Position numbers and translations under genes: made by a program | In this document: piece after piece, positions 1 through 8,343 of the stretch | How positions within the stretch are numbered: position 1 is the first letter of the stretch | Layout: the number at the start of each line of letters is the position of its first letter | Notes under the pieces: generated by a model | Databases searched by the model: none | Seen by the model: the letters and a program-made list of their open reading frames with translations, nothing else | What the model was told of the DNA's origin: nothing | DNA from: an uncultured Erysipelotrichaceae bacterium | GTDB taxonomy: Bacteria > Bacillota_I > Bacilli_A > RF39 > UBA660 | Length of the DNA: 32,615 nucleotides | Direction of reading: 5' to 3' | NCBI GenBank assembly: GCA_902783265.1 | Contig: CACZQJ010000001.1 | Span: 1 to 32,615 of the forward strand

Positions 1-12
1 AAATAGTCTTAA

Positions 13-915
13 TTACATAACTTCAATTTTAGACAATTTATATGTATCATTAACTTTATCAAAACTATAAATCATATTTGTAAGAACATTTTTATATAAT
101 TCTAAACTATCTTTAGAATTATATTTTTTAATTTGCTCACCAGAAAGAATATTATATAGCCTGCCATTATCTAATAAGCCTTCTACTGTAGTTATTAAAA
201 CTTTTTCATCACGTTCTTCTATATTAATTATTTCTTTAACAATATCGGTGTCTTCTTTTTCAAATTTTCCATCCGCGAAAAATAATTCTTTAGACGCTAA
301 ATAATGAAAGTTTAATTCATCATATTTAAATGATTTAGGTACAAATTCGCCATCAAAAATATCAGTATACGCTTTCTTCAAATCTTTTTGATCAATATAA
401 ACACTACTATCCTCAGAAATAATTTTATCTGCTTCTAAATTATTTAATGAAAGATACAATTTTAATTCATCAGAAAGTTTTCCACTATAAAACAATTTTA
501 AATAACTACTATCTTCATCTATTTCAATATTTTTTACTAAATAGCCATACTTTTCGGTTAAACTTTTTAAAGTATTTACTTCTTCCTCTTCTTCCTTAAC
601 CGGAGTTTCAATCACTTCGGTTTTTGTTTTAGAAGAATTATTAGTAATGTCAATATTTATATTAGAAGATTTATATAAATTATATCCTAAAAATAAAGAA
701 ACAATAAGTAAAATTATTATAACAATGTCTCTTTTTATAATAATCGCATTCTTATGCCTAACTAACTTTTTAGTAGATTTCTCTACAGCTAAAGAAACTT
801 CCCTATCAATTTTGTTTTTCATATAGTCTGTAAGTTCCTCTTTAACTTTTTCTAAATCAATCTCTTTCTTAATTGCAACCTCTTCTTTTTCTTCCACTTC
901 TTTTTTCTTCGCCAT
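13..915 (-). CDS. Hypothetical single-pass membrane protein
   Basis: ORF 13..921; ATG at 915 (MAKKKE) follows AGGAGG. Charged N-terminus, one hydrophobic segment (IVIIILLIVSLFLGY), then a soluble domain with no recognised motif. Confidence 0.75.
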   Translation of the reverse strand: MAKKKEVEEKEEVAIKKEIDLEKVKEELTDYMKNKIDREVSLAVEKSTKKLVRHKNAIIIKRDIVIIILLIVSLFLGYNLYKSSNINIDITNNSSKTKTEVIETPVKEEEEEVNTLKSLTEKYGYLVKNIEIDEDSSYLKLFYSGKLSDELKLYLSLNNLEADKIISEDSSVYIDQKDLKKAYTDIFDGEFVPKSFKYDELNFHYLASKELFFADGKFEKEDTDIVKEIINIEERDEKVLITTVEGLLDNGRLYNILSGEQIKKYNSKDSLELYKNVLTNMIYSFDKVNDTYKLSKIEVM

Positions 916-1061
916 ACGCAAACCCTCCTATATAATCATTATAACAAAATATATAAAATTTTAAAAGATTTTCCTTAACACAATTATACACTTGAAATAA
1001 AAATTATTAACTCACTTAAAAAAAAACTCTGATACAATAAATATGTTAGGATGTGCGTAGA

Positions 1062-2354
1062 ATGAAAAATAAAAAAATATTAATTAGTATTATGGCAGTT
1101 ACAATTATGATAATATACACTTTCGTATTATATAATGTAATGTTTACACCACAAAAAATGTTTAACAAAGCCATTAATAAAATTACAGATAAAATTAATG
1201 AAAACACATTAAACTTAAATTTTACAAAAGCTATGACAGATATCAATTTTAAATTTAATACTAATGCGGCAGATTTAAAAAAATTTGCCAACTATACATA
1301 TGGCCTTAAAATGGGAACTGATAGTAAAAATAAAACTTTTGAAACAAAAATATATATGTTAGACCAAGCAAATAAAGAATATAGTTACACCGGTTATATA
1401 AAAAACTCAAACTTATATCATAAATTATCAACCTTAGATAAACTAATTTTATATAATATTAAAGATCAAGACCTAACTTCTTTTTTTGAAAATACCGAAG
1501 ATATTAATACAGAAGACATAAAATATTTAATTAATGCTAGTGCGAAAAACATAAGTAAAAATTTTAATAAAAAGTATTTTTCTAAAGAAAAATCCACTGT
1601 AACCATAAACAATAAAAATATTAAAGTAACTAAAAATACCTATTCAGCAGACACAAACGAAATAAAAAGATTATATAAATCCATATATAATGATTTATAT
1701 AATGACTCAAAGACTTCCAAAATAATAACATCAATGACAAACATGACTAAAGAAGAAAATCAAAAACAAATAGACCTAATTCTAAATACACTAAATAATG
1801 AAAAAATAATATTTAATGTATATAGTAAATTCAATAAAATATTAGGATTTGACATATATGTAAATAATGAAAATATTATTTCATACTATAAGAAAAATGA
1901 CGACTTTGAAATTAATTATGATAATTATAATATAACTGGCATAAAGAAAAACAAGAATTTAGAAGTTACTATAAAAACAAATAATGATATATTAGCATCT
2001 TTAGTTTTCAGTAAGTATCAAAGTGATGACTTTGCATTCGACTATTCTACTGAAATGTATATAGGAAAAGTTAGCTATAAAAGAGAAAAAAATAAAGATA
2101 ATTATAAAGCTAATCTAAATATAACTTTAAATGATGGAAGAAATAATTATTCATTTGATATTAATGCTAGCCAAGATTCCAAAAGTAAAATAGCTAACAT
2201 TAATACAGAAAGTGCAGAAAAATTTACTGAAGAAGAATTTTCAGAAGCATTAATTAACTTCGTAACCTCTTTAGAAGATACTCCTTTAAGCTTCTTAAAT
2301 GATTTATTTGTCCCAAACTACGACGAAACAAAATATTTTACGAATATTATATAA
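1062..2354 (+). CDS. Hypothetical exported or membrane-anchored protein
   Basis: 433-aa ORF with basic N-terminus plus hydrophobic helix (ILISIMAVTIMIIYTFVLY). ATG 1062 preferred over GTG 1053 from RBS spacing. Only long plus-strand ORF in the window. Confidence 0.75.
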   Translation: MKNKKILISIMAVTIMIIYTFVLYNVMFTPQKMFNKAINKITDKINENTLNLNFTKAMTDINFKFNTNAADLKKFANYTYGLKMGTDSKNKTFETKIYMLDQANKEYSYTGYIKNSNLYHKLSTLDKLILYNIKDQDLTSFFENTEDINTEDIKYLINASAKNISKNFNKKYFSKEKSTVTINNKNIKVTKNTYSADTNEIKRLYKSIYNDLYNDSKTSKIITSMTNMTKEENQKQIDLILNTLNNEKIIFNVYSKFNKILGFDIYVNNENIISYYKKNDDFEINYDNYNITGIKKNKNLEVTIKTNNDILASLVFSKYQSDDFAFDYSTEMYIGKVSYKREKNKDNYKANLNITLNDGRNNYSFDINASQDSKSKIANINTESAEKFTEEEFSEALINFVTSLEDTPLSFLNDLFVPNYDETKYFTNII

Positions 2355-2357
2355 ATT

Positions 2358-2389
2358 AAAAAAATAGACTTAATAAAAGTCTATTTTTT
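2358..2389. terminator. Bidirectional intrinsic terminator
   Basis: Inverted repeat aaaaaatagactt / aagtctatttttt between two convergent stop codons. Confidence 0.75.
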
Positions 2390-2825
2390 AATTCAATTTT
2401 TCTTTTATAATACTACTGACCTTGCCCATATCAGCTCTCCCCTTTACTAAAGGAGTGACAACCTTCATAATTTTGCCCATATCTTTAGTTGATACTGGTT
2501 TTACTTCACTAAAGGCATTTTCAATAATTTCTAAAACCTCTTCGTCTGATAACTGTTTAGGCAAATAAGTAGTCAAAATATCTATTTCTTTGGCAGTTGC
2601 TTCTATCAAATCATCTCTGCCGCCTTTTTCAAATTCGCTAATAGAATCTTTTCTAGTTTTTATTTGCTTAGAAATAACATCTATAACCTCTTCATCTGTA
2701 AGCTCTCTTTTTTTATTAAGTTCTTCCATTTGCATAGCTGATTTTACCATTCTAATAACAGCAAGCTTCGTTTTATCTTGAGCTTTCATAGCCAATTTTA
2801 AATCTTCCAAAATTTGATTACGCAT
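2388..2825 (-). CDS. yqeY: GatB/YqeY domain protein
   Basis: DLKLAMKAQDK..L..IR, R.DSI.EF.KGGRDDL, YLPKQLS and KDMGK.M motifs; directly downstream of rpsU as in Bacilli. Confidence 0.93.
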   Translation of the reverse strand: MRNQILEDLKLAMKAQDKTKLAVIRMVKSAMQMEELNKKRELTDEEVIDVISKQIKTRKDSISEFEKGGRDDLIEATAKEIDILTTYLPKQLSDEEVLEIIENAFSEVKPVSTKDMGKIMKVVTPLVKGRADMGKVSSIIKEKLN

Positions 2826-2865
2826 AAAACCACCCTTTCCTTATTCAAAAAGACCAATTAAGGCC

Positions 2866-3066
2866 TTAATAATTATTTCTATTTTCTCTTCTATTTCTTT
2901 TTCTAGTATTTCTAATACCTTGTTCTTTTTTTAGTCTTCTTTTAACGCCAGGTTTTAAATAACCTTCCATGTTTTCTCTAAGTTTTCTACGGGAGCCGTC
3001 TTTATCGACTTTTAATGTTCTAAGAGCACCATCGACATTACCATTTCTAACTACTACTTTTGTCAT
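2866..3066 (-). CDS. rpsU: 30S ribosomal protein S21 (66 aa)
   Basis: True start ATG 3066 after AGGGAGGG: MTKVVVRNGNVDGALRTLK...YLKPGVKRRLKKE resembles S21 (VVR....ALR.FK...Y.KPS.KR..K); rpsU-yqeY synteny. Confidence 0.85.
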   Translation of the reverse strand: MTKVVVRNGNVDGALRTLKVDKDGSRRKLRENMEGYLKPGVKRRLKKEQGIRNTRKRNRRENRNNY

Positions 3067-3140
3067 AAAAATCCCTCCCTTCTTGGCTAAACATATTATA
3101 GCATGAAATTCCCTTATTTTAAAGCATTTTTTTAAAAAAA

Positions 3141-3165
3141 CAAAAAAAGTGAGAAAAATCTCACT
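3141..3165 (-). terminator. Intrinsic terminator of the exporter-peptide operon
   Basis: Minus strand AGTGAGA-TTTT-TCTCACT followed by a T run, at the stop of the 53-aa peptide. Confidence 0.75.
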
Positions 3166-3326
3166 CATATTTTGCACGAACTATTAGTAGTAACTCTTCG
3201 AATAGTCGAGCCTAAAGTTTTACCCAATTCCATTAATAAGGAAATACCTTTAACAATTGCGTTTATAAATGTTGCATTAAGATTTCCACCTCTTAAATTT
3301 AAAAGATCCTTGTCACCCAATATCAT
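3165..3326 (-). CDS. Double-glycine leader peptide 2 (53 aa), bacteriocin- or pheromone-like
   Basis: Hand-translated: MILGDKDLLNLRGG|NLNATFINAIVKGISLLMELGKTLGSTIRRVTTNSSCKI*. AGGTGT upstream; overlaps the end of peptide 1; not in the ORF track. Confidence 0.8.
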   Translation of the reverse strand: MILGDKDLLNLRGGNLNATFINAIVKGISLLMELGKTLGSTIRRVTTNSSCKI

Positions 3327-3456
3327 TAATACACCTAATTGGGTTTAAAAAACCATCGACCATACTAATTAAAAACGCAATTGCCGCCCCTATTGAAGCT
3401 GCTAAACTGAATCCTCCACCAGATAAACTAATAAGTTCTTTTTGTTCTAATTTCAT
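3313..3456 (-). CDS. Double-glycine leader peptide 1 (47 aa), bacteriocin- or pheromone-like
   Basis: Hand-translated: MKLEQKELISLSGG|GFSLAASIGAAIAFLISMVDGFLNPIRCINDIG*. GAAAGGA RBS; starts 13 nt after the exporter stop; L-xx-KEL-xx-L-x-GG leader. Confidence 0.8.
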   Translation of the reverse strand: MKLEQKELISLSGGGFSLAASIGAAIAFLISMVDGFLNPIRCINDIG

Positions 3457-3469
3457 ATCAAAATCCTTT

Positions 3470-5479
3470 CTAAATATTACGCACTTCATCTAAAACAACC
3501 CTTCCACCTTCTAATTTTAAAAATCTATCAAATAAATCCAAATTATCAAGCCTATGTGAAATAAAAATAATAGTTTTGTCTTCATACTTTTTAAATAGTT
3601 TTTTTAGTATTCGTCTTTCCATATTTACATCAACCTGGCTTAATCCCTCATCAATAATTAAAATTTGAAAATTTGAAAGTGCCCTAGCTAAAGCAATTCT
3701 CTGTCTTTGACCATCAGAAATATTAAAACCTTCTTCTTCCACCACGTCATTATAATCACCTATAAATTCAGGTAGTTCACAAATATTATTATTTTCGATA
3801 TCCATTTTTCTAATATTTAAATTATCAAATATTTTTCCAGTAAACAAAATTTCTTTAGGAGAAATATATAGCACATTTTCAAAATTACTTTTATTACTAT
3901 GAAATTTATCAATTAAAGCCTTGCCACTATAATCATCATAATATCCCTTGATAATTTTAAATAATGTACTCTTGCCAGAACCACTCTTACCGCTAACCAT
4001 CACCTTAGAGCCTAATTTAATACTCAAATTAATATTTTTTAAAATAAAATCTACTTTATTAAAACTATAATTTAAATTATTAACAAAAATATCCCCATTA
4101 ACAGAAACATTATCTTTAACGTAATCATTAATAAAAAGTTCTCCTATATGATTAATAGAGCTTTTAACCCCCTCATATTCAAAATCAAAATTTAAAATAT
4201 TTGCCCAAGAACTATTAAGAATAGTTGAAAGTAAAAATATTGTTATAAAGATCTCCACAGGAAGTCCATTTCTCATATTAAAAACTCCATAAATAATAAT
4301 TAATATTAAAGATAAATTACTAATAATTTCTTTAAATAAAAATTCCATGTTTTTAGTATTTTCTAATTTTTTAGAAAGTTTTAAATAATTAATATATTTA
4401 TTACTAAAATCATTAATTCTTTTTTCCTGCAAATTTAAATTTCTAATTGTCTCATACCCTTTAACACTTTCGGTAATAAAAGAATTAATTAAAGATTTTT
4501 CACGCAAAACTTTTTCCATTAAACAATAATTTTTCTTCTTAAAAGAAATATATAAAACTAAATATAAACTAAAAATAAACATATTAATAACAAATAATCT
4601 AAAATGGATAAAATATAATAAGATAAGCAAAATAATAATTAATGGAATATCAATAAATATTGAAACAGCTACATGGTTAATAACATCTTTAATCAAAAAC
4701 AAATCATTAAAATAACTTATAATTTCACCAGTTGTTTTATTTTTAGCGTGCTTATAAGGAAGCCGAATAATATGTTTAAAAGTATTAATAGAAAGACTTA
4801 TATCGATATTTTGATTTAGTTTTATTAATATTAAATTCCGTATATAGCCAGTAAATGTAAGAATTAAAAATAAAAAGGAAAAAAACAAGATTATTTTAAA
4901 AATAAGAGAACTATTTAAATATGTAATCACTGACTGTATAAAAAACGAAGAAAAAATTGATAAAAGACTTATTATTAAAGAAAAAAAAGATATTAAAAAT
5001 AAGTACTTAATATTTGGCTTTATAAGGTTAAAGATAAAATCAAAAACATTTATTTCCCCCTCCTTAACCAGTTTATGTTTTAAAGTCATAGAGATAATTA
5101 TCCCATCAAAACAAGATAAAAATTCCTTAAATTTTACTTTAACTATTCCTTTAGACGGATCACCTATTATAAGATTTTTCTTCTTAAAATTAATTTTATA
5201 TATTACAACATAATGATTGTAGGAGTGAATATTTATAAGTGCAATACAAGGACATTTTATAGAAGACAAATCATCATACTTGTAACCATCACTATCAAAG
5301 CCAAGTGATTTTAATACCTGAATCATATGATATGCCGTTGTTCCTTTATTATTAGTACAAAGCATATCACAAAGTTTATCCAAGCTTACATAACCACCAT
5401 AATATTTTAATATCATCAAAATACATGCCGGCCCACAATCCTTAAGACCTCTTTGTCTAACCATCGGATACTTTTTCAT
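3470..5479 (-). CDS. Peptidase C39-containing ABC exporter (ComA/SunT-like)
   Basis: N-terminal Q....DCGPAC, HYVV and IGDP (Cys-His-Asp), TM domain, Walker A GKSGSGKST, signature ISDGQRQR, Walker B ILIIDE, H-loop ISHR. Confidence 0.93.
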   Translation of the reverse strand: MKKYPMVRQRGLKDCGPACILMILKYYGGYVSLDKLCDMLCTNNKGTTAYHMIQVLKSLGFDSDGYKYDDLSSIKCPCIALINIHSYNHYVVIYKINFKKKNLIIGDPSKGIVKVKFKEFLSCFDGIIISMTLKHKLVKEGEINVFDFIFNLIKPNIKYLFLISFFSLIISLLSIFSSFFIQSVITYLNSSLIFKIILFFSFLFLILTFTGYIRNLILIKLNQNIDISLSINTFKHIIRLPYKHAKNKTTGEIISYFNDLFLIKDVINHVAVSIFIDIPLIIILLILLYFIHFRLFVINMFIFSLYLVLYISFKKKNYCLMEKVLREKSLINSFITESVKGYETIRNLNLQEKRINDFSNKYINYLKLSKKLENTKNMEFLFKEIISNLSLILIIIYGVFNMRNGLPVEIFITIFLLSTILNSSWANILNFDFEYEGVKSSINHIGELFINDYVKDNVSVNGDIFVNNLNYSFNKVDFILKNINLSIKLGSKVMVSGKSGSGKSTLFKIIKGYYDDYSGKALIDKFHSNKSNFENVLYISPKEILFTGKIFDNLNIRKMDIENNNICELPEFIGDYNDVVEEEGFNISDGQRQRIALARALSNFQILIIDEGLSQVDVNMERRILKKLFKKYEDKTIIFISHRLDNLDLFDRFLKLEGGRVVLDEVRNI

Positions 5480-5539
5480 ACTCTCACCTCCTCATTTATT
5501 AATATACTGAGGAAAACTACTATTTCCTTTTTTTCATCA

Positions 5540-5566
5540 AAAAAACTTTAGAAAAAATTCTAAAGC
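5540..5566 (-). terminator. Intrinsic terminator downstream of the truncated TasA-like gene
   Basis: Minus strand GCTTTAGAA-TTTT-TTCTAAAGT followed by a T run. Confidence 0.55.
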
Positions 5567-5641
5567 TATAATAATATATGAATTTTAGATATCAAGACGT
5601 GTGCCCGGTTATATTGAGTTTGTATTTATTGCATACACCTG

Positions 5642-5854
5642 TTAAGCTGCTGGTATCATATTCATTCCAGTACTTTTTCCTTTTGTTATTTCATAAGTAC
5701 TTATTTTAGTATTATCAAATCCGACACACCAGTTTGTTGAAATACCAGCTGTACCATTTATTTGTAAATTGGTACTAAATGCCGCAAAGCCTACTGCCAT
5801 AAATAATACTAATAAAAGAAGACCTACTATTATATAATTTCTTTTATCTCTCAT
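5642..5854 (-). pseudogene. Truncated TasA/CalY-like paralog (70 aa)
   Basis: Same signal peptide and first strand (MAVGFA|AFSTNLQINGTAGISTNW) as the 164-194 aa paralogs, but stops before the PGD...N.GSL core. Confidence 0.6.
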
Positions 5855-5949
5855 GCTCTATCTCATATTTTCCCTACTTCCTATTATCTAATACTAGTAT
5901 ATCTAAAAAACAAGCAACATTTTCCCTAAATCACTTGTTTTTTTAGTTT

Positions 5950-6483
5950 TTACAATTTAAAGTTATTTCTATATATAGAAACCATCTTAGGACCATAATT
6001 TTTTTCTTTAATCAACTCTAAATTTGTTTCAATTTTTATATTTTCATATTCACAAATAACAATTCCATCATCATTAAGTAATTTTCTCTCTTCAATTACT
6101 CTTAAAGCCTTATTCATAAGTCCAGCTCTATAAGGCGGATCTAAAAATATAATGTCAAACTTTTCATTAGTTTCTTTCAAATATCTTTTATAATCAGCAT
6201 TAATAACATCAATATCGTCATCAAATGACTTAATATTTTCTTTTATAACATCAATAACAAATTTGTTATTATCAACTAAAACTAATCTTTTAGCTCCATT
6301 GCTTATTGCTTCAAGCCCTAGTGAACCACTTCCAGCAAATAAATCAAGAACAGTTGCTTCTTTAATATAACCTTGAATAATTCCATATATTGATTCCTTA
6401 ACCCTATCCATAGTAGGTCTCGTTCCCGGCATATCATAACCCTTTAATTTTTTACCTCTATATTTCCCACTAATAATTCGCAT
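5950..6483 (-). CDS. rsmD: 16S rRNA m2G966 methyltransferase
   Basis: MRIISGKYRG, TRPT.DRVKES, LDLFAGSGSLGLEA.S.GA and DPPY motifs; start placed at MRIISG. Confidence 0.95.
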   Translation of the reverse strand: MRIISGKYRGKKLKGYDMPGTRPTMDRVKESIYGIIQGYIKEATVLDLFAGSGSLGLEAISNGAKRLVLVDNNKFVIDVIKENIKSFDDDIDVINADYKRYLKETNEKFDIIFLDPPYRAGLMNKALRVIEERKLLNDDGIVICEYENIKIETNLELIKEKNYGPKMVSIYRNNFKL

Positions 6484-6510
6484 TAAAATCACCAATATTA
6501 TTTTATCACA

Positions 6511-6732
6511 CTATTTAAAAGCCTGCATAATTTTTTCTATTGTTTCAAAAGTATTAAAAATATTTTCTATTTTATCTGCCTTAGTAAGACGATATGTTTT
6601 TTTTACCTCTTCCTCAAACTTTCTAAAATTATTAGAATCTCTATTTAATAATTTATACCAATAAGAATGTGATCTTAAATATCTTAAATAATAAGGGTTC
6701 TCCCTTATTTTAAATTGAATAGGTAAAATCAA
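6511..6732 (-). CDS. ylbE: YlbE-like protein
   Basis: YLR..SYWYK.L.R motif, 73 aa, located between ylbD-like gene and rsmD (B. subtilis order ylbD-ylbE...ylbH). Confidence 0.75.
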   Translation of the reverse strand: MILPIQFKIRENPYYLRYLRSHSYWYKLLNRDSNNFRKFEEEVKKTYRLTKADKIENIFNTFETIEKIMQAFK

Positions 6733-7073
6733 TCTTCAAAATGTTTATAAATTGGTCTTGGTTTATATTCTTCGTTATTGGTATGAGATTCATTATTCTT
6801 ATTTGACATATCTTGAAATAAACTTATCACCCTCTGCATACTATTTACCCCAGATTGAATACTATCCAAATCTAAATTTTTAATATAATCAAAAAGGCCC
6901 AAACTAGCACCGGCCGAACTAACCGTTAAATAATCTTGCCAAGCATTTTCATCTTCACCATACATATCGTAAATTTCATAAAATTTTTGCCACGTCATTG
7001 TACCATTTTGAACATATTTTAAAAGTGATGGATTATTTTTAACAAACTCTTTAAACTTTTCTTTAGTATTCAT
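6729..7073 (-). CDS. ylbD: YlbD-like spore coat-associated protein
   Basis: FKEFVK.NP.L...V..G..TWQ.FYE.Y...GED...W..Y pattern; ATG 7073 after AGGTGA; 4-nt overlap with ylbE. Confidence 0.78.
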   Translation of the reverse strand: MNTKEKFKEFVKNNPSLLKYVQNGTMTWQKFYEIYDMYGEDENAWQDYLTVSSAGASLGLFDYIKNLDLDSIQSGVNSMQRVISLFQDMSNKNNESHTNNEEYKPRPIYKHFED

Positions 7074-7128
7074 TACTATCACCTACACTAATATATGTAT
7101 TTTATATAAAAAAAAGCACAAAAAAAGA

Positions 7129-7623
7129 TTATGCATTTTGAACATAATCAAGTTTAACCGTAAGTGAAGCATTTAACGTCGCAGGTTGGCTAGTAACATC
7201 TTTATCGTAAGAAACCTTAACTGTAAAAGTATGAGTATCAGAAGCTTCCAAAATATCACCTTCATTAATACCACTAGTTTCAAAAATAATTGCTGGATTA
7301 TTAGAATCAGTTAAAGTAATTTTATCAACTTTTGCATCTAAAGTACCACTATTTTTAACTGTTACATCATAGGTCATACTATCACCAGGAGAAACTAAAG
7401 TTGTTTTAAATGTAGCAGAAGTCTTAGTATAAATAGGCGCTGAAGTGTCAGAAGCACTTCCAACCTTGTCTTTACTAACTATATTTATAATTTCAACATC
7501 CCACTTACTATCAATACGAGCAGTTCCATTAATTGTTAAATTAGTACTAAAAGCTGCGAATCCTACCACAAGTAAACATATAATTACAACTAAAATACCG
7601 ATTATTATATATTTCCTTTTCAT
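7129..7623 (-). CDS. TasA/CalY-like secreted fibre subunit with SipW-type signal peptide (164 aa)
   Basis: VGFA|AFSTNLTINGTA..W, core LVSPGDSMTYDVTVKNSGTL, C-terminus LDYVQNA. Confidence 0.7.
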   Translation of the reverse strand: MKRKYIIIGILVVIICLLVVGFAAFSTNLTINGTARIDSKWDVEIINIVSKDKVGSASDTSAPIYTKTSATFKTTLVSPGDSMTYDVTVKNSGTLDAKVDKITLTDSNNPAIIFETSGINEGDILEASDTHTFTVKVSYDKDVTSQPATLNASLTVKLDYVQNA

Positions 7624-7689
7624 AATTTCACTTACTTTCCTAAATATATTTTAACATCTATACACCGTTTTGTAAATAAAAAAGCTCTA

Positions 7690-8340
7690 TTAACTAGAAC
7701 TCTTTTCACTCATAGAAGCCACTTCTAACTTTTTATCATTATGAATAATAACTAAACTTCCTGAAGTTTGATAGCCCAAATCTTCCTTGTAAGTAACTTC
7801 AAAATTAACAACATATGCTTTTTCATCAATAAAATCGCCATATTTGAAAGATTCAGTTTTTACTTTTTCAACATCAACACTAGTAACTATTGGAAGATCT
7901 TGATTTCTATTATCATAAACATTACTCTCAACACTTTTGTACATTGAATCCATCGCATATTTAACAAAATCATCACGATACTTTTCGTACACAAATTGCT
8001 TTCCACCAACATCATTTTTGTTTAATTTATTATCCAAATTAAAGAAATCTGCCACAAACATTTGTCCAACCAAAGTCATATAATCTTCTTCAGAAACTTC
8101 TTTACTGTCTAAAGCTTTTTCTAGTTTTTTAAACAAATCCTTATAATACGAAGTAGCATTTTCTTTTAAAGTATAGCCGTATTCACTAATTGTTGAAATA
8201 TTTTTAATTTCTTTAACAGGTGCTTTTTTAACATTCAATTTTTTATAAGCAAAATATCCGCCAAAAGCAAGTAAACAAATTAAGAAAAGCAACACTAAAA
8301 TTCGGCCAAATCTAATTTTTCTCTTTCTTTTTTTTGCCAT
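7690..8340 (-). CDS. Hypothetical membrane-anchored protein
   Basis: Very basic N-terminus, single TM helix, 216 aa; starts 3 nt after the LTA synthase stop, so probably co-transcribed. Confidence 0.75.
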   Translation of the reverse strand: MAKKRKRKIRFGRILVLLFLICLLAFGGYFAYKKLNVKKAPVKEIKNISTISEYGYTLKENATSYYKDLFKKLEKALDSKEVSEEDYMTLVGQMFVADFFNLDNKLNKNDVGGKQFVYEKYRDDFVKYAMDSMYKSVESNVYDNRNQDLPIVTSVDVEKVKTESFKYGDFIDEKAYVVNFEVTYKEDLGYQTSGSLVIIHNDKKLEVASMSEKSSS

Positions 8341-8343
8341 AAA

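Noticed and set aside
3067-3177. N-terminal extension of the 103-aa ORF
   Set aside because: It runs through a terminator and the rpsU promoter region; the RBS supports ATG 3066.
5573-5600. CATATATT as a sporulation-sigma promoter for the C39 exporter
   Set aside because: It lies upstream of a terminator-like hairpin, and such motifs arise easily in AT-rich DNA.
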